Of a DNA stretch of 64,000 nucleotides, positions 9,381 through 17,827 are shown one piece after another. Under the pieces are notes generated by a model, which was given only the letters and a program-made list of their open reading frames with translations, was not told where the DNA came from and searched no databases. Position numbers and translations under genes: made by a program. The first letter of the stretch is position 1. Every line of letters begins with the position of its first letter. Source of the stretch: Minisyncoccota bacterium (GTDB taxonomy: Bacteria > Patescibacteriota > Minisyncoccia > Phycocordibacterales > UBA9973); assembly GCA_041664605.1 (NCBI GenBank), contig JBAYKO010000002.1:7453-71452 (forward strand), in the 5' to 3' direction.

Positions 9381-9629
9381 ATGGTTGTAATTATTGGTGC
9401 CTTTCTTATCTGCGCAGCACTTTTGATAGTTTCTACACTAACAACTTTGTACTATTTAACACTGTTACATGACGCAGAAAAGAAGAAATTGGGAGAAGAA
9501 ATTATTAATTCTTACAAAAGAGAATACTCTTTTTTTAAGAACATATCTTGGATCTTTTTTTTCATCGCTGGAACATTAGCAGTTTGTCTATTTTTAATAG
9601 ATAAATTCCATATACTAGTGATAAAATAA
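9381..9629 (+). CDS. Orphan cassette small membrane protein (2 TM), antisense to S10 operon
   Basis: 82 aa with two hydrophobic segments; shares terminator 9645-9670 with rplB. Confidence 0.7.
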   Translation: MVVIIGAFLICAALLIVSTLTTLYYLTLLHDAEKKKLGEEIINSYKREYSFFKNISWIFFFIAGTLAVCLFLIDKFHILVIK

Positions 9630-9644
9630 TAAAGTTCTTATTGT

Positions 9645-9670
9645 AAAAAACCGCCAAATGGCGGTTTTTT
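9645..9670. terminator. Bidirectional intrinsic terminator between rplB and cassette
   Basis: AAAAAACCGCCA-AA-TGGCGGTTTTTT. Confidence 0.85.
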
Positions 9671-9677
9671 ATTTAAT

Positions 9678-10526
9678 TTATTGAGATTTTCTAGATTTTC
9701 CAGTCTTTCTTCTTGATACAATGAAAACATTTGAGTATTTCTTTGGTTTTCTTGATTTTCTACCTCCTGTAATTTTACCATGTCTTGTTTTTGGTCGTTT
9801 TGTTCCCCTTCCTTGTCTTCCTTCACCTCCACCATATGGGTGATCAACTGGGTTCATAGCAGAACCTCTAACTGTTGGCCTGATTCCTTTCCATCTTGAT
9901 CTTCCTGCTTTTCCAAAGTTAACAAGTTTTGATTCTTCGTTTGAAACTCTTCCAATAGATGCCCAACAATTCTCTGTTACTCTTCTTACTTCAGAAGATG
10001 GCATTTTAATGTGTGTATATCCTTCGTTGTTTGCAATTACTTGAGCAAATATACCTGCTCCTCGTGCGATTTTTGCCCCTCCCTTTGGTTTTAATTCAAT
10101 ATTATATACAAATGTACCAACTGGAATAACTTTGAGCGGTAGCCTATTTCCTTCTGTAAGTGGAGCCTTTTCCGAAGAAACTATTACATCACCAACTTTC
10201 ATCCCTTTTGAAGCTAAAATATATCTTTTTTCTCCATCCTTATAAAAAACTAAAGCTATAAAACCTGATCTGTTTGGATCATATTCAATAGTCTTTATTG
10301 TTGCTGGAATATCAATTTTTTCCTGTCTAAAATCTATATCTCTAAAAAGTCTTTTATGCCCACCACCTTTGTGTTGAGTTGTTATTCTTCCTTGATTATT
10401 TCTTCCTACACTTCTTTTAAAACCTTTTACTAGAGATTTTTCTGGTTTTGATACTGTTAAAGATTCTCCGTAAGAAACGGTTGTCATTTGTCTTCGTGAT
10501 GGTGTTTTTGGATTATACTTTTTCAT
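9678..10526 (-). CDS. rplB: 50S ribosomal protein L2
   Basis: GRNNQGRIT...EYDPNRS...RGSAMNPVDHPYGGGEGR. Confidence 0.99.
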   Translation of the reverse strand: MKKYNPKTPSRRQMTTVSYGESLTVSKPEKSLVKGFKRSVGRNNQGRITTQHKGGGHKRLFRDIDFRQEKIDIPATIKTIEYDPNRSGFIALVFYKDGEKRYILASKGMKVGDVIVSSEKAPLTEGNRLPLKVIPVGTFVYNIELKPKGGAKIARGAGIFAQVIANNEGYTHIKMPSSEVRRVTENCWASIGRVSNEESKLVNFGKAGRSRWKGIRPTVRGSAMNPVDHPYGGGEGRQGRGTKRPKTRHGKITGGRKSRKPKKYSNVFIVSRRKTGKSRKSQ

Positions 10527-10542
10527 AATTATTTAAATATTT

Positions 10543-10896
10543 TTATACAAAATCAATTTTGTCACCTTTTTTAAGATAAACATAAGCTTTCTTTCCACCC
10601 TTCTTTGTTCCTTTTTTCCCTCTAAAAATAATATTTTTAGCTTTAATAGTAACAACTCTTACTTTTTCAGGTGAAACTTTATATATGGAAAAAATCGCTT
10701 TTTTAATTTCGTTTTTTGTTGTATCTTTTGGAACATTAAAAGTATAGGCTCCATTTTCACTTAACATTGTTGCCTTTTCGGTAATTCTTGGTTCTTTTAA
10801 AATAAGAGAATAATCCTTTTTACTAAAAACAACCGGTGACTTTTCTTTCACTTCTTTTTTGTCTGTATTATTTTTTACTTTTTTTTCTGTTGGCAT
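10543..10896 (-). CDS. rplW: 50S ribosomal protein L23
   Basis: PRITEKA...YTFNV...KKAYVYLKKG. Confidence 0.97.
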   Translation of the reverse strand: MPTEKKVKNNTDKKEVKEKSPVVFSKKDYSLILKEPRITEKATMLSENGAYTFNVPKDTTKNEIKKAIFSIYKVSPEKVRVVTIKAKNIIFRGKKGTKKGGKKAYVYLKKGDKIDFV

Positions 10897-10929
10897 TGTT
10901 TTACTTTATAACTTTATGAACTTTCTACT

Positions 10930-11664
10930 TTATAACTTGCCTTTTAAAAAGGCTATGCTTTCTTCTGGGTTTGCAACTATAAGATATTTACTATTCATAA
11001 TATCAAGCGGGTTTATGTTTTTAAAATCAATCAAACTGACAGAAGGCAGATTGTTAAAACTTTTATCTATGGTTTTATCCTTACCAAAAATTGTAATAAT
11101 AGCAGCATTTTTTCTTTTAGTAGATAGTTTTTCAAAACCAGAAACTTTTGCGAGTGTTTCTATAATTTCTTTTGCACTTTTTGTTTTTATTTCTTTAATT
11201 GAAATTTGATCAATAAAAAGAATTTCATTTTTCTTCATTTTTTCTGATAGAACAACATAAAGAGCCTTGACCATCATCTTTTTATTTATTTTCTTTTTAT
11301 AATTTTTTTCTGCAAGAGGACCATGAGTAACACCTCCACCTTTCCAAATAGGAGATCTGGATGATCCGTGTCTTGCTCGTCCTGTTCCTTTTTGTTTCCA
11401 TGGTTTTTTACCTCCACCACGAACTTCTCCGCGCCCTTTTGTGTCAGCTGTTCCTGCTCTTTTATTTGAAAGAATACTTGTAACTATTTGATGGACCAAA
11501 TCAGCATTCCATTTTAATCCAAAAATATTAGCAGGCAAACTTATTTTACCTGTTTCTTTTCCTGTTTGATTATATATAGAAGCAGAAAGACTAGAAACTT
11601 TTCCTTCTTTTACAACTGTCTCTTTTTGAGCTTTCTTTTCTTTTTTGATTGATTCTTTTTTCAT
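10930..11664 (-). CDS. rplD: 50S ribosomal protein L4
   Basis: KPWKQKGTGRARHGSSRSPIWKGGGVTHGP. Confidence 0.99.
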   Translation of the reverse strand: MKKESIKKEKKAQKETVVKEGKVSSLSASIYNQTGKETGKISLPANIFGLKWNADLVHQIVTSILSNKRAGTADTKGRGEVRGGGKKPWKQKGTGRARHGSSRSPIWKGGGVTHGPLAEKNYKKKINKKMMVKALYVVLSEKMKKNEILFIDQISIKEIKTKSAKEIIETLAKVSGFEKLSTKRKNAAIITIFGKDKTIDKSFNNLPSVSLIDFKNINPLDIMNSKYLIVANPEESIAFLKGKL

Positions 11665-11677
11665 TTTATTTCTGTAA

Positions 11678-12292
11678 CTATCCTAATATTTTTACAAGAG
11701 TTCCTCTTCTTCCGGGAATTGCTCCTTTAATTAAAATTAAATTATTTTCTAAATCAATATCAATTACTTTAAGATTTTTCACTGTTACCGTATCACTTCC
11801 CATTCTTCCTCCCATTCGCATTCCTTTTGGAACACGATTTCGAAGTCCACCACCAATTGACCCTGCTTCATGTTCTGAGTGTTTTTGACCGTGACTTCTT
11901 GGTCCTCCATGAAAACCGTGTCTTTTTATAACACCTTGGAAACCCTTTCCTTTTGAAATTCCTGAAACTTCAACTTTATCTCCTTTTGAAAAAACAGAAA
12001 GTTCAATTTTATCCCCAGTTTTCATATTTCCTAACATTTCCTCATCAACAAGAAACTCTCGTAATGTTTTAAACGATCCAGTTCCTTTTAAATGACCAAT
12101 TTTTGCTTTCGTTAGTCTACTTTCTTTTTGATCATCATATCCAACTTGAACAGCCACATAGCCATCTTTTTCTTTGTTTTTTAGTTGAGTAATTGTGATT
12201 GGACCAGCTTCAATAACCGTTACTGGAGTAACTTTTCCATCTTCATCAAAATACTGGCTCATATTCTGTTTTTTTCCAAGGATAAATTTCAT
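11678..12292 (-). CDS. rplC: 50S ribosomal protein L3
   Basis: SKGKGFQGVIKRHGF...MGGRMG...KGAIPG. Confidence 0.99.
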   Translation of the reverse strand: MKFILGKKQNMSQYFDEDGKVTPVTVIEAGPITITQLKNKEKDGYVAVQVGYDDQKESRLTKAKIGHLKGTGSFKTLREFLVDEEMLGNMKTGDKIELSVFSKGDKVEVSGISKGKGFQGVIKRHGFHGGPRSHGQKHSEHEAGSIGGGLRNRVPKGMRMGGRMGSDTVTVKNLKVIDIDLENNLILIKGAIPGRRGTLVKILG

Positions 12293-12329
12293 ATATTTTT
12301 AAGGAATGCAATGACTATAAAAATAATGA

Positions 12330-12432
12330 CCCAGCACTAATTTTATAATTGTCTTATCTTACTATTTTTCTGAAAAAAGGCAAATGATAACAAACGGAAA
12401 CCCACGTACACTAAATTAAAATTAGTGCTGGG
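12330..12432. repeat. Inverted-repeat element (CCCAGCACTAATTTT arms) between rpsJ and rplC
   Basis: cccagcactaatttt ... aaaattagtgctggg; related arms at 23774-23879, 32436-32552, 48741-48789. Confidence 0.7.
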
Positions 12433-12470
12433 TAAGGAAAATTACATTCCTTTCAGTCATTAATTTTCTC

Positions 12471-12896
12471 TTAAATCATTTTTACGTCAATATCAACCCC
12501 TGAAGGCAAACTTAAGTTTGTTAATGCTTCAATTGTTTTCTGAGACGGACTCATAATATCGATTAACCTTTTATGTATACGAATCTCAAATTGTTCTCGT
12601 GAGTTCTTATAAATAAAAGTTGATCTATTAACTGTATATTTTTTTATTTCAGTAGGAAGAGGTGTTGGACCAATAATTTTTGCATCATAACGCATTGCTG
12701 TATCCATAATCTGCTTTACTGAAGCATCGAGAATTTTACTCTCATATGCTCTAACTCTAATGCGTAATATTGCACCTTCTTCTTTCTTTGTTGCAGTAGC
12801 TACTTTTGAAACTTTTATTTTTTTTTCTTTCACTTCTTTTTCTTTATGTTCCTTCACTACTTTAGGTTTTGTTGTTTTTGTTTTTGTTGTAGGCAT
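12471..12896 (-). CDS. rpsJ: 30S ribosomal protein S10 with Lys-rich N-terminal extension
   Basis: LRIRVRAYE...GPTPLPT...SREQFEIRIHKRLIDI. Confidence 0.98.
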   Translation of the reverse strand: MPTTKTKTTKPKVVKEHKEKEVKEKKIKVSKVATATKKEEGAILRIRVRAYESKILDASVKQIMDTAMRYDAKIIGPTPLPTEIKKYTVNRSTFIYKNSREQFEIRIHKRLIDIMSPSQKTIEALTNLSLPSGVDIDVKMI

Positions 12897-12935
12897 GACT
12901 TTATATTAAAGAACTATAAATTTCGCTTTTTTAAA

Positions 12936-14138
12936 TTAAGCAATAATTTTTGTTACAACTCCTGCTCCAACTGTCTTACCTCCTTCACGAATAGCAAAAT
13001 TCATTTGAGCTTCAAGTGCAATCGGTACAACTAATTTTACAGTGAAAGTTGCTGTATCTCCTGGCATAACCATTTCGGTTCCTGCTGCAAGAGTAACTTC
13101 TCCAGTAACGTCTGTTGTTCTGATATAGAATTGAGGCTTGTAACCTGTGAAAAACGGTGTGTGACGACCTCCTTCTTCTTTTTTCAAAATATAAACTTCT
13201 GCTTCAAAGTCTGTATGTGGAGTAACAGAACCAACTGCTGCTAAAACTTGTCCTCTAGTTAGGTCTTCTTTCTTTGTTCCTCTTAGAAGTATTCCAGCGT
13301 TATCTCCTGCCATACCTTCTTTTAGAGACTTATTGAACATTTCAATACCAGTAACAGTTGTTTTTACTGTTGGTTTAATACCAACAATTTCAACTTCTTC
13401 TCCAACCTTTACAATACCCCTTGCTATTTTACCAGTAGTAACTGTTCCTCTACCTTCAATTGAGAATATATCTTCAATAGGCATAAGGAAGGGTTTGTCG
13501 GTTTCTCTTACTGGAAGTGGAATCCAAGTATCGAGAGCATTAACAAGTTCCATAATCTTTTGTGACCATTCATTTGTCAAATCGTTTGATTCCAAAGCTT
13601 TAAGTGCTGAACCTTTTATAATAGGCGCACTTGCCCCGTCAAATCCTTGTTTTGTAAGAAGTTCTCTAACTTCTTCTTCAACTAGATCAATAAGTTCTTT
13701 ATCTTCAACCATATCGCACTTATTTAGAAAAACAATCATTTTTGGCACACCAACTTGTTTTGCAAGTAAAACGTGCTCTCTTGTTTGAGGCATAACTCCA
13801 TCAGTTGCTGCAATAACCAAAATAGCACCGTCCATTTGAGCAGCACCAGTGATCATATTTTTAATATAGTCAGCGTGCCCTGGAGCATCTATGTGAGCAT
13901 AGTGTCTAGTTGGAGTTTCATACTCAGAGTGGTGAAGAGCAATTGTAATTCCTCTTGCCTTTTCTTCTGGAGCATTATCGATTTTATCGACAGCTTCTAC
14001 TCTAGCGCCATAACCTTGAGCCTTTGCCATATCTAAGGTATGAGTGATCGCTGCTGTTAATGTTGTCTTACCGTGGTCAACGTGACCAATGGTTCCCACA
14101 TTTACGTGTGGTTTATCTCTTTTATATTCTTCTGCCAT
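12936..14138 (-). CDS. tuf: Elongation factor Tu
   Basis: [30 protein letters not shown]. Confidence 0.99.
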   Translation of the reverse strand: MAEEYKRDKPHVNVGTIGHVDHGKTTLTAAITHTLDMAKAQGYGARVEAVDKIDNAPEEKARGITIALHHSEYETPTRHYAHIDAPGHADYIKNMITGAAQMDGAILVIAATDGVMPQTREHVLLAKQVGVPKMIVFLNKCDMVEDKELIDLVEEEVRELLTKQGFDGASAPIIKGSALKALESNDLTNEWSQKIMELVNALDTWIPLPVRETDKPFLMPIEDIFSIEGRGTVTTGKIARGIVKVGEEVEIVGIKPTVKTTVTGIEMFNKSLKEGMAGDNAGILLRGTKKEDLTRGQVLAAVGSVTPHTDFEAEVYILKKEEGGRHTPFFTGYKPQFYIRTTDVTGEVTLAAGTEMVMPGDTATFTVKLVVPIALEAQMNFAIREGGKTVGAGVVTKIIA

Positions 14139-14419
14139 AAAATTTTTGAGCTAATAACTACAATTTAATAATCGAGAACTGAATACTAAATAATAACTAC
14201 TAGCTAATATTGATTAACTAATAAATACAAAAACACAATATGGATTAGATAATAGCTGAAATAAATAAAATAGTCAAATTTTTAGGGCTCTTTTTACTGA
14301 ATATCTTGTGGACAAGTAAATACCCGAGATTTTTACAAAAATCTCGGGTATTTTTTAAACCAAAAACCTTAAAACCTACCTCGGGATGATCCTTAGTTTA
14401 ATCAGTAAATATAGTTTAT

Positions 14420-14980
14420 CTATTGAAGCACAAGAGGAAATTCCAAAGTATCAGGAGTTGCCCCTGAAGGATCATTTTCAGTAAATACTACTTTCATTAG
14501 TGTTCCAGATTGAAGTCCAATACCGCCGTTATTAAAGATGACTGACGCGGTAAAAGGTACTGGCCCAAGTGTCATCCAGTTTGAAACAGGAATTAGATTA
14601 ATAATTCCTATTGGCCCCCAATTATTCCCATTTTGATAATAAAGTTGAGCTGTTCCCGCTTCTCCTTCAAACATGGTCCACCTACATCCTGTTGTTTGAT
14701 AATTTGTATTATCTACAACTCCATTAAAAACTACTGGTACGTTTGAGGAAATTGTAGAATTTGGAACAGGAGAATTTATTGTAAAACCACAATTACTAAG
14801 AGTTTGAATACCCCCTTGGTCTTTATTATCTAAATTATTATCTGTATTGAGAACATTATCCTTGTCTTGTGCTAATTTATCAGAATTTTTACCTGAAAAA
14901 TACATTACTCCACCGACAACTAACAATGCTACAACTACTAAAACTATTAAAATTGGCGCAAAACCTTTATTTTTATTCAT
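14420..14980 (-). CDS. Membrane-anchored extracellular protein with pilin-like N-terminus and Ig-like domain
   Basis: NKG-FAPILIVLVVV prepilin-like N-terminus; beta-rich C-terminal domain (FEGEAG...ENDPSG). Confidence 0.7.
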   Translation of the reverse strand: MNKNKGFAPILIVLVVVALLVVGGVMYFSGKNSDKLAQDKDNVLNTDNNLDNKDQGGIQTLSNCGFTINSPVPNSTISSNVPVVFNGVVDNTNYQTTGCRWTMFEGEAGTAQLYYQNGNNWGPIGIINLIPVSNWMTLGPVPFTASVIFNNGGIGLQSGTLMKVVFTENDPSGATPDTLEFPLVLQ

Positions 14981-15050
14981 ATATTTTACTTTCAGACCAA
15001 GACTAATAAGCCTATGGTTTAAATAAATTATTAATACTTAAATTATAACA

Positions 15051-15127
15051 CCCTGTAGTAGATTTTAGTAGTGCATTAAAAATGCGTCCCAATTTTGATC
15101 GGGACATTACTAAAATTCACTACGGAG
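15051..15127. repeat. REP-like palindrome, CCC(T)GTAGTA...TACTACGGG family
   Basis: Related copies at 17746-17792, 25111-25159, 35180-35209. Confidence 0.6.
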
Positions 15128-15186
15128 TAAAATTAAAAACAGAAAACCCCCCGACCTGAGCCGGAGGGTTTTTAATAAAAATAGCA

Positions 15187-15570
15187 TTATATTATTTCAT
15201 GCAAAGAACACTTAGCTTCTCCCTTCATTGGGATTTCGTCATTAGTAATCCATTTCCCTGTATAACCACAAGGAAAACGACCAAAATTCTTTGAAAGAAA
15301 ATCATATTTTACTTCATGATCCGTCTTCCCAAAAATACCGTCAAGGTATTTTTTAGAAAAAGACATTCCTGTATCAGATATAGTTCCTTTGATCATAGCA
15401 GAACCATAAGAATCTTCGATTTGCCCACTGAAAGGATTTCCATCTTTTTGTTTTGTTACGAAATCGACATTTATAGTCCCGACAAAAAGTCCTTTTTTTA
15501 TCTTGTTAAATGTCTCGGAATAAACATCTTTAGGATCATAAAATGACCCTATAATTAGGAATTCGGTCAT
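15187..15570 (-). CDS. Orphan cassette protein (probably all-beta)
   Basis: 127 aa; terminator at 15143-15173, promoter at 15581-15630. Confidence 0.75.
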   Translation of the reverse strand: MTEFLIIGSFYDPKDVYSETFNKIKKGLFVGTINVDFVTKQKDGNPFSGQIEDSYGSAMIKGTISDTGMSFSKKYLDGIFGKTDHEVKYDFLSKNFGRFPCGYTGKWITNDEIPMKGEAKCSLHEII

Positions 15571-15580
15571 ATTTCAATTA

Positions 15581-15665
15581 TTTAATTTACTTTTCTGATT
15601 TAACATTACCATATAAATTTTAAATTGCAATATAAAATTCAAAAACCCCCGGGTTGGGGGTTTTT
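15581..15665 (-). promoter_or_regulatory. Terminator plus cassette promoter/leader junction
   Basis: CCCCC/GGGGG hairpin then TTGCAA-16-TAATGT-6-AGAAAAGTAAATTAAA; near-identical to 16987-17068. Confidence 0.8.
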
Positions 15666-15690
15666 AGAAAGAACATTGTAGCCGGATTGA

Positions 15691-16158
15691 TTAATAATCA
15701 ATGAAACTAGCGAGAGCTTTTTTCATAGACAATTCCGCCCCTTTTTTGAAAATTGTTTTACTACCATCAGTTAAAACTTCTGCCTTCCCTGATGCGGTAA
15801 CATAATCTTCCCGATCTTTAACAAGAATATTTGTAGTAAAAATATCCCCTGAATCATCTTTTGAAATTAAAAGATGAAAGGTATCCTTGCCCAAAATTCT
15901 TATGTCATCATAACATTGATTAATGCTTATGAGGCCACAAAATTCAATTTTCATTGAGTCGGATTCTTTTGCAAAGCTATCCAGTGAACAAAGTTGCGGG
16001 ATACTGTGACTTTCCACTTTGGTGTACTCGCCATTAGAAAAAATGTAAATACCGGGTTTTAAATTCAAATTTAGAATAAAGGTTGTGGCAATACAACCAA
16101 GAATAATACCCCCAGCAAAAATGGTACCAACAATGCCTGATTTAAGTAATCTTTTCAT
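15691..16158 (-). CDS. Orphan cassette protein, N-terminal TM anchor
   Basis: 155 aa; hydrophobic residues ~8-30. Confidence 0.75.
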   Translation of the reverse strand: MKRLLKSGIVGTIFAGGIILGCIATTFILNLNLKPGIYIFSNGEYTKVESHSIPQLCSLDSFAKESDSMKIEFCGLISINQCYDDIRILGKDTFHLLISKDDSGDIFTTNILVKDREDYVTASGKAEVLTDGSKTIFKKGAELSMKKALASFIDY

Positions 16159-16186
16159 GAGTTAAAAATTTAAGGTTCTTATTTAG

Positions 16187-16227
16187 TTATCTTCCACAAT
16201 TATAGCATTTTGAGTTTTAAATGTCAA
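16187..16227 (-). promoter_or_regulatory. Cassette-type promoter/leader
   Basis: TTGACA-17-TATAAT-6-AGATAA; 35/41 identical to 50162-50202. Confidence 0.8.
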
Positions 16228-16322
16228 TAGATAAATTTCTTTAATAAACCCTTATTTTTAGACCTAAAATTCAAAAACCCCTCCGACGCAAGGTCGGAGG
16301 GGTTTTCATTAAAGAGCATTAA

Positions 16323-16976
16323 TCAATCAGGATTAGGCATAGCTAATCTTTGAACAGAAACATCTAGTGTTCCAAAACTTACTGCTTCTCTTAAAAAACT
16401 GAGAGCAGCATTAAGTTTTTTTTCATTTTTTATTTTAAAATCAGCTATTTGATCTCCTGTATCTTGTAAATTAATAATTGATTCTAAAATTTTTATTTTT
16501 AATTCACCTTTTGCCAAACAAAGACTTAGGTGCCATATTTCATAAAATGTCCCATTATTATCTCTTTTTGATCGCAAGCACTCAAATCCATAGGACTCAA
16601 GCTTTTCAACATTCTCTCTGTACCCTTCTTTTGTGTAGTAATGTCCACAAAGATGTTGAATATCAATGATTGGAGAATATAATGACGCATTATTATCAAA
16701 AATAATCTCATTAAATGGAAGACGGACTTGAGACATTTGCCCATCAGTTGCTTCTCTCCAAAAAAGGAGCATTTTATCGTCCGTTTTTGGGTCTGGTAAT
16801 TTTTCCCAAACCGGGACTGCATCCAGTCTGCCGTTCACAACCCTGATGAAATAGTTGCCGGTCCAAAGTGACCCCATAATTTTTTCATACTCTTCCGTTG
16901 TGAATCCTTTTATTGAAATACCTGGATACCCATAGGATTGAACATGGATTTTCTGTTCTTCTTTATTGTCTGCCAT
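16323..16976 (-). CDS. Orphan cassette protein
   Basis: 217 aa; terminator CCCCTCCGAC/GTCGGAGGGG at 16273-16306. Confidence 0.75.
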   Translation of the reverse strand: MADNKEEQKIHVQSYGYPGISIKGFTTEEYEKIMGSLWTGNYFIRVVNGRLDAVPVWEKLPDPKTDDKMLLFWREATDGQMSQVRLPFNEIIFDNNASLYSPIIDIQHLCGHYYTKEGYRENVEKLESYGFECLRSKRDNNGTFYEIWHLSLCLAKGELKIKILESIINLQDTGDQIADFKIKNEKKLNAALSFLREAVSFGTLDVSVQRLAMPNPD

Positions 16977-16986
16977 ATAAAATCAA

Positions 16987-17068
16987 TTTAATTTACTTTT
17001 CTGCTTTAACATTACCATAGAGATTCTAAATTGCAATACAAAATTTAAAAACCCCCGAATGGGGGTTT
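16987..17068 (-). promoter_or_regulatory. Terminator plus cassette promoter/leader junction
   Basis: Hairpin then TTGCAA-16-TAATGT-6-AGAAAAGTAAATTAAA. Confidence 0.8.
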
Positions 17069-17231
17069 AATTAACGCTTTTTCTTTTTTTTAAAATTTTT
17101 AGACAGCTTTTGCAATTAACAGGTAAAACCTTGTCATTAGAATGACCCTTTAAAAAATATTTTTTATTTGGGTTTAATCCACACAAAGTGTTTGCATAAA
17201 GTAAATTCTTTTTAGTTGTGTGAATTTTCAT
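17067..17231 (-). CDS. Small orphan cassette protein, putative H-C-CxxC zinc finger (not in ORF track)
   Basis: Manual translation MKIHTTKKNLLYANTLCGLNPNKKYFLKGHSNDKVLPVNCKSCLKILKKRKSVN; cassette promoter TTGTCA-17-TAGTTT-6-AGAAAAGT upstream, hairpin at stop. Confidence 0.7.
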   Translation of the reverse strand: MKIHTTKKNLLYANTLCGLNPNKKYFLKGHSNDKVLPVNCKSCLKILKKRKSVN

Positions 17232-17247
17232 TTTTTCAATATTTTTT

Positions 17248-17326
17248 ACTTTTCTGATTTAAAACTAGCATGGGAAGAAAAAATTGACAATCATTTTTGA
17301 AAGATATAATGTAAAAATAGAAAAGT
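17248..17326. promoter_or_regulatory. Divergent pair of cassette promoters sharing one -35 region
   Basis: TTGACA(+) at 17284-17289 overlaps TTGTCA(-) at 17285-17290; both lead to AGAAAAGT. Confidence 0.7.
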
Positions 17327-17342
17327 TTTTAAATTTATCCTC

Positions 17343-17639
17343 ATGCCATCAAAAAGAAAATATGCTATGGTTTATTACCTTGATTTCAAAAAAGATTTGA
17401 CTGAAATGAAAGTTGATCTTGTCTTATGTAATACAGGAGGCGACCCTGACACAACATATATTTATATCCGCGAAAATGATCTTATTAGTGAAAAAAAGGT
17501 AAAAAAAATCCGCGGAGTAAATGAAATTATAAGAAACAAAAAAGAAGATACTTTTAAAGTATTTAAAACTTTTTTTTCTTTTAACCAAATTATGGATAAA
17601 TTGCTCAACTTAAATGTTGACGCAAATATGGATTTCTAA
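17343..17639 (+). CDS. Orphan cassette protein
   Basis: 98 aa; terminator CCCGC/GCGGG at 17640-17666. Confidence 0.7.
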   Translation: MPSKRKYAMVYYLDFKKDLTEMKVDLVLCNTGGDPDTTYIYIRENDLISEKKVKKIRGVNEIIRNKKEDTFKVFKTFFSFNQIMDKLLNLNVDANMDF

Positions 17640-17827
17640 AAAATTCCCGCACAAAGCGGGAATTTTAGTATCTGATAAAGAAAAAATCCTCCGACATGGG
17701 TCGGAGGATTTTTTCTATTTATGATTTTATTTTCTACTTTATAATCCCAGAAGTAAAATTTTAAATCGAATGTACTTAAAATTTACTACGGGACATGCTT
17801 TATGAACTTTCTACTTTACAACTTGCC

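Noticed and set aside
15143-17714. Classical integron cassette array
   Set aside because: No integron integrase, and the inter-ORF repeats lack attC RYYYAAC/GTTRRRY ends; each ORF has its own promoter
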